Below, in pieces: positions 32,549-41,615 of a stretch of 64,000 bases of DNA. The stretch lies in assembly GCA_039028155.1 (NCBI GenBank), contig JBCCIS010000008.1, positions 73,004 through 137,003 of the forward strand, read 5' to 3'. A model generated the notes under the pieces. The model was not told where the DNA came from, searched no databases, and saw nothing but the letters and a program-made list of their open reading frames with translations. This DNA comes from Pseudomonadota bacterium. Its GTDB lineage: Bacteria > Pseudomonadota > Alphaproteobacteria > SP197. The position numbers and the translations under genes are program-made. The stretch's first letter is position 1. Every line of letters begins with the position of its first letter.

Positions 32549-33949
32549 TCACGATACCCGAATGTAGCCGGCGAGGCCGGTCTTTTGGTGCTCAATGACA
32601 TGGCAGTGAAACGCCCAATCGCCGAGGTTGTCGGCCTTAAGCGCGATGTCGATGGTCTCGTTCTTCAAGAGCAGGATCGTGTCGGTCCAGTTGCGCGGCA
32701 GCTGCCGCTGGTTGGACTGGATCGGCACGAAAGCGAGACCGTGAAGATGGATCGGGTGCAGGTTGGGGGATTCATTGCGCAGGCGCAGGACGTAGCTTTT
32801 ACCCAGGGTAAGATCCGCGACCGGGCCGACCCCTTCGACCGCATCGCCCGGCCACGGCTGCCGGTCGATCGACCAAAAGCTGTAGCCGTAGTTGCCGCAG
32901 AAACCGTTGTCCTCGCCATCGCCCTCCGGCGTCCAACCGAACACCATTTCGCGCGTCTCGGCCGAGGCGAGGTCCGGCTCGGCGACGGGGTTTCGGGCAA
33001 GCGGTTTCAGTTCGGCGAGATCCCGTTTCAAGGACGGCCCGACCGAGCGCAGGCGCGCGAGACTGTTCGGCCGATTGGCGATCATGGTCTGAAGTGTCAG
33101 TTCCGAGCCTTCGTCATCTGGCATACGCAACGCGACGTCGACACGTTGTCCGGGGCCAAGCCACATGGGCGACTCCTCGCTGGGCCATGCGATCGGCTCG
33201 TCCACGGGATGGCCGTCCCAGGCGATGATCGTGCCGGGGGCGTCGGGCAGCACCAGCTTGTAGACCCGCGTCGTGTCCGTGGCGACGATCCTAAGCCGCA
33301 CCAAACCGCCGGCGGGCAGCTCATGGACCGGGTCGATCTGCCAGTTCGCCGTGCGCACATTGCCCAGGGTACCGGCGCGCGCGGCGCCGCGCGGCGTGAA
33401 GAACGGCAGGAGTTGGCCGTCGTCATCAAGCCTGAAGTCTTTCAAGTTGATCGGCAGATCGGTGTCGAAGCCCGGATCGTCGGGCTCTTCGACGATGAGG
33501 ATGCCGGTCAGGCCATGGGCCATCTGGCTCATGGTCATGCAGTGCGGGTGATACCAATAGGTGCCCGCGTCGGGCGGTGTGAAGGCGTAGCGGAAGCTGT
33601 CGCCCTCAGCCAGCGGGAACTGGGTCAGATAGGGCACGCCGTCCATCGCGTTCGCCAGGCGGATGCCATGCCAGTGCATGGTCGTGTAATCGCTCAGGCC
33701 GTTCGTCAGGTTCACGACGAAGGGCGCAGCCTGCCGCATGCGAATGACGGGCGGCGGCGCGTTGTCGATCAAGCTGACCAGTCCTTCGGTGACCGGTCGG
33801 TCAAACGCGTAGCTCGTTTGGCGCGTGACGAGATCGAGCGGTTCGCTTTCCACCGCCTGAAGCGGCAACCCGGCCGTGGCCAGCGCTGCTACCGACGCGG
33901 ATCCCGCCAGAAAGCGGCGTCTGCTGAAACGTCTCGGCGTGTCGTTCAT
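32549..33949 (-). CDS. Multicopper oxidase with Tat signal peptide (CueO/laccase-like)
   Basis: SRRRFLAG Tat motif; copper-binding HWHG, HPHCM and HCHVIEH motifs. Confidence 0.85.
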   Translation of the reverse strand: MNDTPRRFSRRRFLAGSASVAALATAGLPLQAVESEPLDLVTRQTSYAFDRPVTEGLVSLIDNAPPPVIRMRQAAPFVVNLTNGLSDYTTMHWHGIRLANAMDGVPYLTQFPLAEGDSFRYAFTPPDAGTYWYHPHCMTMSQMAHGLTGILIVEEPDDPGFDTDLPINLKDFRLDDDGQLLPFFTPRGAARAGTLGNVRTANWQIDPVHELPAGGLVRLRIVATDTTRVYKLVLPDAPGTIIAWDGHPVDEPIAWPSEESPMWLGPGQRVDVALRMPDDEGSELTLQTMIANRPNSLARLRSVGPSLKRDLAELKPLARNPVAEPDLASAETREMVFGWTPEGDGEDNGFCGNYGYSFWSIDRQPWPGDAVEGVGPVADLTLGKSYVLRLRNESPNLHPIHLHGLAFVPIQSNQRQLPRNWTDTILLLKNETIDIALKADNLGDWAFHCHVIEHQKTGLAGYIRVS

Positions 33950-34152
33950 GTCTTCAATCTACTCTGCGTGGGGTCGCGAAACGGCCGCCAGCTTGAACAA
34001 CTCTGGAGCATCGCATGTGTTTGACACTTCGCGCAGACGCCAGGAAAGTCAAGGTGAGACCGCCAACATTGGTTGCCATCGCGCCGAAACCTCTTCCGCG
34101 TGCGGCGTCATCGCGCGGCACAATAGTTTGTCGCGGACCGCGCGCTCGTGAC

Positions 34153-34578
34153 ATGATCCCGATCATGAAACGCACATCCGTCAATCCGACCCCTTGGGGC
34201 ACTCAGTACAGCATGGATCAGGGAGAGGTGGTCGACGGCTTGCGCCGCATTCTCCATGTTTCCGGTCAGGCCTCGATAGGTGAGGATCCGGACAATCCGG
34301 GTACGGAGATGGCGCTTCACGCCGGTAACCACCGCGAGCAGTTCCGAACCTCACTCGCCAACCTCGACGAGGTCCTCGCCGGCGCGGGCATGAAACGAAG
34401 CAACATCCTTCTCGTTCGGTTCTATGTGGCCGACATGGAGGGTTTCAATGCGAACTTCGATGTCTACAAGGACTGGATCGATGAGGCCGGCATTCGCCCG
34501 CCGCAAACGGTGATCGGTGTCCAATGCCTGGCGTTGCCGGAGATGTTGATCGAAATAGAGATCACCGCAGGCGACTAA
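34153..34578 (+). CDS. RidA/YjgF/TdcF family protein
   Basis: YjgF-like C-terminal signature ...PPQTVIGVQCLALPEMLIEIEITA; start is ATG 34153 or 34165. Confidence 0.7.
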   Translation: MIPIMKRTSVNPTPWGTQYSMDQGEVVDGLRRILHVSGQASIGEDPDNPGTEMALHAGNHREQFRTSLANLDEVLAGAGMKRSNILLVRFYVADMEGFNANFDVYKDWIDEAGIRPPQTVIGVQCLALPEMLIEIEITAGD

Positions 34579-34705
34579 ACCTAATCCTGGCTGGGTGGAA
34601 CCGCCAGAAGGCGTCATCTAACCACGAGCGCTCTGGCGGTGCGCTTTAGCGGACGGCATGTGTAACCCGTGACGTATGCGCCGGGTCTCGCGTCACGCCG
34701 CGCCG

Positions 34706-35800
34706 TCAACGGGGAATGACGATGCAGTCCAGTTGTCGTTCGAGCAATTGTTGGCAGAACGCCGTCGCATCGTCGGTGGAGCCGAATGGGCCGGCCTGAA
34801 GCCGATAGAACGTTCCGCTATCCAGCAACGCGCTTTCGACCATGGGCTGAAGGTCGGCAAGCATGTCGCTATGAGCTGCCTGAAGTTCGGACCAGGCCTC
34901 GTTGGCCCGTTGTTCGGAGCCGTATGCCGCAAGTTGGATCCTCGTGCCTTTTGGCGGCGCGGCAACCGTGGCCGACTTTGTCGCAATCAGCTCGTCGCTG
35001 CTCGCCAACACCTGATCGCTCGATTGGGCCGCCGGCGCTGCCTGGGCATCGGTTGTTGCTGCCGGCGTACCATCCTGCAGAAACCCGCCCGCGGTGGTGG
35101 CGGATATCTCAAGCACGGCAAGTGTCGCGGGCTTTGCTTCCGACCAATAGGGTGAAACGTTGTGGTCTGCCTGGTTCAGCCACGGCATGTCGACGCTGCC
35201 TTCCGGATTGAAGGCGGCAAGAATGACCTCGGTGGCAGGCTGGTGATAGGCCAGTTCGCCGAACGTCATGTCGAGCGCCGCGGGTTCGCCGGGCGTGATG
35301 GCCGGTGTGCTGAAATCCGCGCCGAAACCGCCGAAACCGGCAACAGTCGGTGCCGGCGCCGTCGCATCAGGGGTTTCGGCCGTCACCGCAATGCCGGCAC
35401 CAGCGCCGCTCTCGCCGTCAGCTGTTGCTTCTGCCGCGTCGCCGGCTGCCATGGCCGTGGCGTCGCCATCGCCACCGGTGTCGGACGCGACGACGATGCC
35501 GCCGGTCGCGTCATCGGGGTCGGATCCGCCGACAAAGACGAGAACGAACGCGATGATCAGGGCGGCGAGAATGCCGCCGCCGACCATGATCTGCTCTTTC
35601 AAGCCGGCGTGGTCGGAGAGCGCCATATCCTCCGGATCGGGATCGTGCGGGCCTTCGGCCCTGGCGCGTCGCTCGACTTCGGCCACAAAATCCTTAGGCA
35701 GTGGCGATTTGTGCTCGCCGCCGGCGCGGAGAACGCGCAAATCGGCTGGTTTGGCCGTGTTACCGGTCGTTCGTGCTTCCTGTCCCATCGTGCCGCTCAC
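34706..35800 (-). CDS. SPOR-domain (peptidoglycan-binding) membrane-anchored protein
   Basis: N-terminal TM segment, long acidic Ala/Thr/Gly/Asp-rich linker, and C-terminal SPOR-like TRIQLAAYGSEQRANEAWSEL...GTFYRLQAGPF. Confidence 0.6.
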   Translation of the reverse strand: MSGTMGQEARTTGNTAKPADLRVLRAGGEHKSPLPKDFVAEVERRARAEGPHDPDPEDMALSDHAGLKEQIMVGGGILAALIIAFVLVFVGGSDPDDATGGIVVASDTGGDGDATAMAAGDAAEATADGESGAGAGIAVTAETPDATAPAPTVAGFGGFGADFSTPAITPGEPAALDMTFGELAYHQPATEVILAAFNPEGSVDMPWLNQADHNVSPYWSEAKPATLAVLEISATTAGGFLQDGTPAATTDAQAAPAAQSSDQVLASSDELIATKSATVAAPPKGTRIQLAAYGSEQRANEAWSELQAAHSDMLADLQPMVESALLDSGTFYRLQAGPFGSTDDATAFCQQLLERQLDCIVIPR

Positions 35801-36051
35801 CAGTGGTTGGGGCGCCCCTCAGAGCCTCGTTGGGTTCCAACAACGATCTCTAATCCTTTGGAGGTAAGATATACCACAAAAGGATTAGGATTTGTCCAAC
35901 AATTGGCGGGTTTTGTGGCCTGGCGATGCGATGGTCCGGCGCGCCGCCAATTGGGCTCCGTGATGGGAAACCAGCGTCCTCGGCCAGTTTCATAGGCCGA
36001 CGGCGCCGCCTGCACCGCCGACCGGTGGCAGGGGTCAAACGTTCGTGACGG

Positions 36052-36582
36052 CTATTCTTGGAAGTTCGGCCAGTTCGCGTCCTTGTCGGAGATCGTGGTG
36101 ACTTCGCCGGGCCAATCGATGGCGAAGCGAGGGTCGTCCCAACGAATACCTCCCTCGCTCGCCGGCTCGTAAGCGGCCGAGACCATATAGGCGACCGCGA
36201 CGTCGTCGCGCAGCGTCATGAAGCCATGGGCCAGGCCGCGGGGTGCGTAGACCTGCAGCAGGTTGTCGTCGGTAAGCTCGGTACCCTGCCACTGGAGATA
36301 GGTTTCGGACTGCGGCCGCAAATCGACGATCACGTCATAGATCGCGCCTCTGGTGCAGCGCACGAGCTTCGCCTCGTCGTACGGGTTTTGTTGGTAGTGA
36401 ATGCCGCGGAGCGTGCCGCGCTGTGCGCTGAACGACGCGTTGGCCTGAACGAAATCGGTTTCCAAACCGGCTTCGCGAAATGTTTCCCGGCAAAAGGTCC
36501 TGGAGAAGTATCCGCGATCGTCGCCGTGAGGCGTCGACTCGACCAGGAAGGCGCCGGCTATCTGCATGGGATGGAACTTCAT
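36052..36582 (-). CDS. rmlC: dTDP-4-dehydrorhamnose 3,5-epimerase (RmlC-type cupin epimerase)
   Basis: FxxxxxxDDRGYF...HYQ...KLVRCxxGAIYDV...D.R motifs of RmlC; no rmlA, rmlB or rmlD in the window. Confidence 0.8.
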   Translation of the reverse strand: MKFHPMQIAGAFLVESTPHGDDRGYFSRTFCRETFREAGLETDFVQANASFSAQRGTLRGIHYQQNPYDEAKLVRCTRGAIYDVIVDLRPQSETYLQWQGTELTDDNLLQVYAPRGLAHGFMTLRDDVAVAYMVSAAYEPASEGGIRWDDPRFAIDWPGEVTTISDKDANWPNFQE

Positions 36583-37259
36583 GGATGGAGGCGGTGGCCT
36601 GTTGTGGGAATTGTCGCCGAGGACATTTCAGCAGCGATTGGGCCGGATTCCTCGGAAAATCGTTTCTCAAGCGGCCACATCTCGTTGAAATCGCGCAAAA
36701 TCATGTTGGCCGTCACTAATAGGGACGGGCAACACTCGCCAGTGTGACAGCTATCAATACCCTCCGAACGGTGGATAACTATCTTATCGAAAGTGTTATG
36801 GAGTTCGATTTCTCGCAACGACCTATCCTAAAGTGAGTGACGCAATCCGGGAAATCCGATAGCCTTTTCGGAAAGCAAAATACGAAAGGTCTATAGAGGG
36901 CACCATAATACAAACTGCCTGCTGATGTAGTTGAGGTATCAGCAAAAATATAAGTGTCGTCGCCCTAATATTGATGGGTTACTGAAATGATCTATGTCGC
37001 TGCCTTCTTAATCTTCGCTCCTTCGCTTGTTCTGGCGTTTGCTTTGTGCCGCATGGCGGCCCGCTTTGGCCATGCTGAGCCCGGCCAGGCTGTTTCGCAG
37101 CAAAGCAAGGTCGTAAGTTTCCCCGAGACGGCTGCCGTTCACCGCGATCGCGCGGCCTAGGTTCAAGCGCCATCCTTTTGCCGCTGGGCGCGGCCAGCGT
37201 TCAGGCTGCGGATCGGCCACCCTCAACGACGCCCGTCTATCTAACTCGAACCGGCCCCT

Positions 37260-37295
37260 TGAAAAACAAGTGGCCGCCAAAGAGGCGGCCACTCG
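37260..37295 (-). terminator. Rho-independent terminator downstream of the sugar-transferase gene
   Basis: Perfect 10-bp stem AGTGGCCGCC / GGCGGCCACT with a 6-nt loop, followed on the minus strand by TGTTTTTC. Confidence 0.6.
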
Positions 37296-37366
37296 AGAGT
37301 CTTTGATGTGCGGGTCAGGTGATCAGATCACAACGTCCCGAACAGACCATTGCAATGGTCAGCACA

Positions 37367-38824
37367 TCAGTATGCGGTCGGATGCACCATCACCGTAACG
37401 GTGCGTAGCAGAATTCTCAGATCAAGCGCCAAAGACCAGTTGTCGATGTAGTAGAGATCGTGCTCGACACGCGCACGCATCTTATCGATCGACCGCGTTT
37501 CACCACGCAGCGCGTTCACCTGGGCCCAACCGGTAATGCCCGGCTTCAGGCGGTGGCGCCGGAAATAGTCTTCGATCTGCTTGCCGTAGAGATGATTGTG
37601 CGGCACCGCGTGCGGGCGCGGTCCGACAAGCGACATCTCGCCTTTCAGCACATTGAAGAGCTGCGGCAGTTCATCAAGGCTGGATCGACGCAGGAACCAG
37701 CCAACCCGGGTCACACGGGGATCGGCCCGGCTTGCCTGAACCACGTTGCCTGACGTTTCTTCCGCATGCTCCATGCTTCGGAACTTGTAGACTGTGAAGG
37801 TCGAGTTGTTGAAACCGTGCCGCATCTGGCGAAACAGAACCGGGCCCCTGCTTTCAACCTTGATGGCGAGCGCAATGAGCAGCAGCAGCGGTGCCACCGC
37901 GAGCGTCAGCAAAGAGCCGAGGACCAGATCTTCGACACGTTTGATCAACAGCGCCGAATCCGACAAAGGCTTCGTGCTGAGCCGCCAGACGGGCAGGCCG
38001 CCGATCTGATGCGGCTCATAGTCCAGCAGTTCGGGTGTCAGGCTGGGCGCCAGCACCAGATGCAGACAGCGGCGCCGGCACAGGTCAAGCCATGTCCTGA
38101 CGCGCGCGTCGTCGCAGTGGTCGACCGCCAGAATCACCCGGTCAACGTCGGCTAGCGCCAATTCCATCTCCGCTTCGATCGTGCCCGGGTGATGCCGCTT
38201 GTCCATGATCACCATGCCAAGCTGGACCTTGTCGTCCAGGGCGCGGCGGGCAATCCAGACATTCTCCGGCGTGCCGACCAGGGCGATGTACTCGCCCATG
38301 CTGCCGTCTACGACCAGGCGCCGGCACCAGCGTGCGAAGGCAACCCGCGCGGGCACCACCAGGATCAGGGCACCGACGAACCAGTAGAACACCCAAAGGC
38401 GTGAGTATTCAGCACCGCTCTTGGTGAAGAACAAAAAGCCCAGGACCACCGTCATCGCGATCGACCACGCCGCGATCCACTTCATGGAACTGCGGAAGGA
38501 CGAGACGATCTGCCTTTCGCCATAGAGCTTCAGAACCTCGGAACTCAGCAGCAAGGCCATGACCGCAATCATGACAAGCGCGATGTGCGGGTCAGAAATG
38601 GCCAGCGTGTCGAACCTGATCAGGCTCGCCAGGCAGGCACCCAGCAGCACCAAGGCGATGTCGGAAAAGCGTACGAACAACTGGAACGACAACCAGTTGA
38701 ACTTTCCAGATTGCGGCTGGCGAAGGACGCGAACGTCATAGTCCGCATCCTGCTTTACCGTAATGCTTTGCGAAACCTTATTGGGCTGGCCAAATCCCGA
38801 TTGTTCTAATGAAACGAAGGTCAC
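37367..38824 (-). CDS. Exopolysaccharide biosynthesis polyprenyl glycosylphosphotransferase (WbaP/ExoY-type priming sugar transferase)
   Basis: Five N-terminal TM segments plus the C-terminal bacterial sugar-transferase domain ([10 protein letters not shown]...YKFRSM...DELPQL...[10 protein letters not shown]). Confidence 0.85.
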   Translation of the reverse strand: MTFVSLEQSGFGQPNKVSQSITVKQDADYDVRVLRQPQSGKFNWLSFQLFVRFSDIALVLLGACLASLIRFDTLAISDPHIALVMIAVMALLLSSEVLKLYGERQIVSSFRSSMKWIAAWSIAMTVVLGFLFFTKSGAEYSRLWVFYWFVGALILVVPARVAFARWCRRLVVDGSMGEYIALVGTPENVWIARRALDDKVQLGMVIMDKRHHPGTIEAEMELALADVDRVILAVDHCDDARVRTWLDLCRRRCLHLVLAPSLTPELLDYEPHQIGGLPVWRLSTKPLSDSALLIKRVEDLVLGSLLTLAVAPLLLLIALAIKVESRGPVLFRQMRHGFNNSTFTVYKFRSMEHAEETSGNVVQASRADPRVTRVGWFLRRSSLDELPQLFNVLKGEMSLVGPRPHAVPHNHLYGKQIEDYFRRHRLKPGITGWAQVNALRGETRSIDKMRARVEHDLYYIDNWSLALDLRILLRTVTVMVHPTAY

Positions 38825-39244
38825 TCGTTTCCCCCCAATGATCTGTCAGGCGCCGTCCAAGCCAGGCCATGGTGTTACAACTCCGCGCCAGATTTTTCCT
38901 GCGGTGCCCTTGGGACAACAAGCACCGCATTAGCTCAACCCTACCATCCACGAATCAAAGGTCGTGAGTCCTCATGGTTTCACTCATCGCGCTCGACGAA
39001 CCTGAAACCTCGATCTCAGGTCTACATATTAGCGTTCGTCACGTGCTCAGAGCAATGGGCTTCATGATCTGATGCGTATTTGTCACATAAATCGTGTTTC
39101 GTAGTCACGTTACGTGTCATTGCTGCAACATGACACAATGACGTCAGGGTTAAAGACATCTCTCGTGACGGTGCCGCAGACGATTGACTAAGTGGCATTT
39201 GGCGGCCTATCTTGCAAGAAGACCTTATGAAGTAACACTATCTA

Positions 39245-39253
39245 TGTGATAAT
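39245..39253 (+). promoter_or_regulatory. Candidate extended -10 promoter element (TGTGATAAT) upstream of the outer-membrane protein gene
   Basis: TGnTATAAT-like sequence in a 650-bp AT-richer divergent intergenic region, about 225 nt upstream of ATG 39480. Confidence 0.25.
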
Positions 39254-39479
39254 TTTAGACTTTAGTATGAGGTCCGGGCGCAGGTTGCGGCCCGTTGAGA
39301 TTGAGACCTCCTTGTGTCGAGTCGTTGCCGGACTGGCCGCAAGGGAGAAGATGAGCAAGCTTTCGGGCTTAAAGTGGTGTCGAACGACGCTGTTGCCAAC
39401 TTCGCGCCATAAACTGCGTTGAGGCTTGGTGGCACGAAACCAGGGACGGGTATGGTGCTGGAGAGCAAAGGGTTTCGCT

Positions 39480-40763
39480 ATGGGGACTAGATTGCTGCTG
39501 CTCATTGGGTTTGCTGCCCTTGTCGCGGGGGCGGTCCTGCTTACCGTGCCGGACAGGGCCGCGGCGCAGGAAGGCCTCACCGGGCCGACCCAAGGCAACC
39601 CGTATAGCATTCGCAACCGGGCGCGGCCCGACTACGACCCCGAGGGTCTGCCGGTCGGTTCATTCCTGGTCTTTCCGTCGTTTGAGCTTGGCGAAGTCTA
39701 CGACACCAACGTTTTTCGCACCGAAACCAACGAATCCGACGATTTCATCACGACCTACGCGCCCAGCATCAACGTGGTGTCCGACTGGAACAACCACGCC
39801 GTCGCCTTTGGCGCCACGGCGAATGGCGGTGTCTTCGCCGACAACTCCGACGAGAACTACTTCGACTACGGTTTCTTCGCTGCCGGGCGATTGGATGTCC
39901 GTCGCTCGACACGGGTCGGCGCCTTCGTCTCCTGGGACCACCTGCATGAGGATCGCGGCTCGCCTGAGGACGTAAACGGCGACGAACCGACCGAATTCGA
40001 CGAGTTTCGGACCGGCGTCAACGCGACGACCACGCAGGGCCGCTTCACGATCTTTCTTGGCGGCGAGTACTCCCACCTCACGTTCGAGAACGTGACCGCC
40101 GGCGGTGGCACGATGATGGTCAACAACGCCGACCGCGACCAGAGCGCGGTCGAGGGTACCGCGCGTGTCGACTACAACGTCAGCCCGGGTTACGCGATCT
40201 TTGTTCTGGGCAGCTACATCGACGTTTCCTACGACAACACCCCCGATGATGCCGGTCGCGTGCGCGACAACAACGGTTGGCGCGCGGATGCCGGCGTGGC
40301 CTTTGAGATCACCGAAACGTTCTCTGGCGACGTCTATGGCGGCTACATCCAACGCTATTACGACGACCCGACATTCGCCGATACCGACAGCTTCGATCTG
40401 GGCGGCGACATCTATTGGAGCATTACGCCCCTTACGACGGCCCGCTTGGTGCTGGAGCGCAGTTTCGTGGAAACGACACAGGCGGGCGCCTCATCGATCC
40501 TGGAGACGTCCGGCGTGATCGAGGTCGAGCACGAGCTGCTGCGCAACGTCATTTTGGGGGCCAACGTAGGGCTTACCAACTTCGACTACGAAGGCATTAC
40601 CCGTGAGGATGATGTCTGGGGCTTTGGTGTCGACGGTGTCTATTTAATCAATCGGAACTTTTATGCGGGCGGAAGAGCGCAATATACAAACCGTGACTCC
40701 AACGCACCGACCGAGAGTTTTGAGGATATCGAGGTTGGCGTTTTCGTTGGGGCGCAGATGTGA
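39480..40763 (+). CDS. Outer-membrane beta-barrel protein associated with the polysaccharide export locus
   Basis: Signal peptide (MGTRLLLLIGFAALVAGAVLLTVPDRAAAQ); alternating amphipathic beta-strand pattern; aromatic-rich C-terminus; sits immediately upstream of the Wza-like gene. Confidence 0.5.
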   Translation: MGTRLLLLIGFAALVAGAVLLTVPDRAAAQEGLTGPTQGNPYSIRNRARPDYDPEGLPVGSFLVFPSFELGEVYDTNVFRTETNESDDFITTYAPSINVVSDWNNHAVAFGATANGGVFADNSDENYFDYGFFAAGRLDVRRSTRVGAFVSWDHLHEDRGSPEDVNGDEPTEFDEFRTGVNATTTQGRFTIFLGGEYSHLTFENVTAGGGTMMVNNADRDQSAVEGTARVDYNVSPGYAIFVLGSYIDVSYDNTPDDAGRVRDNNGWRADAGVAFEITETFSGDVYGGYIQRYYDDPTFADTDSFDLGGDIYWSITPLTTARLVLERSFVETTQAGASSILETSGVIEVEHELLRNVILGANVGLTNFDYEGITREDDVWGFGVDGVYLINRNFYAGGRAQYTNRDSNAPTESFEDIEVGVFVGAQM

Positions 40764-40778
40764 GGTTAACCCCCGGCG

Positions 40779-41372
40779 ATGACAGAAACTGTCCGTTGTT
40801 GGAAAGATGAGACGATCGGCCGCGCCCTGAGCGTTTTGGTCGCGCTGCTATTGATTCCACTTTTGGTTGTTCCCGGGCAGATTGCCTTCGCCCAGGACGA
40901 CGTCCAGGTTTTCGACGATCGGATCTACAAGCTGGGCGTGGGCGATCGGCTGCGCGTGACCGTTTACAACGAGATCGATCTTTCGGGCGAGTTTGATGTC
41001 GGACCGGCGGGAACCGTAAACCTGCCGCTTATCGGCGAGGTGGCAGCCCAGGGTCGCACGATCCCGGAGGTCGAGGACGCCGCGGAGGAGTTGTTCTTAC
41101 AGGGTTACCTGAAGTCGCCCAGCGTCAGCATCGAGGTGCTGAACTATCGTCCATTTTACATTCTGGGCGAGGTCAACTCACCCGGCAGTTATCCGTTCGT
41201 TAATGGTATGACGGTATTAAATGCGGTGGCTCTGGCTGGCGGATTCACATATCGAGCCAGCGAGGGCAGCGTTTTGTTGAAGCGAGAAGGCGCCACGGCG
41301 GAAGTGTCGGTTGCTATCGACACGCCCGTGTTGCCAGGCGACGTTCTAACGGTGGAAGAGCGTTTCTTCTAA
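40779..41372 (+). CDS. Polysaccharide export protein, short Wza/GumB/EpsE-like (Poly_export domain)
   Basis: YKLGVGDRLRVTVY...NLPLIGEV...GYLKSPSVSIEV poly_export/SLBB signature; only 197 aa, so it lacks the Wza C-terminal OM helix. Confidence 0.8.
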   Translation: MTETVRCWKDETIGRALSVLVALLLIPLLVVPGQIAFAQDDVQVFDDRIYKLGVGDRLRVTVYNEIDLSGEFDVGPAGTVNLPLIGEVAAQGRTIPEVEDAAEELFLQGYLKSPSVSIEVLNYRPFYILGEVNSPGSYPFVNGMTVLNAVALAGGFTYRASEGSVLLKREGATAEVSVAIDTPVLPGDVLTVEERFF

Positions 41373-41615
41373 CCGTTTGGGTCTTGGACTCATGTCGGTC
41401 TGGTGAACTATAAGCGAGTGTCATCGGCCGCTAAGTCGAATGGTCGAAAAAGAGAGATTGGGCAGACTGTTGAGCCGAGTGATCGCATTATTGGCGAACG
41501 GACATCGTAACTCGCTTGGCAACTGCCAGTCAGGTCCTGCGGTGCGCATGCCGCTTGCCCTCATGGTGCCTTGTTCGCCTGGTATCGGGTTTGCCTCCTA
41601 CGATGTGCTTGATCG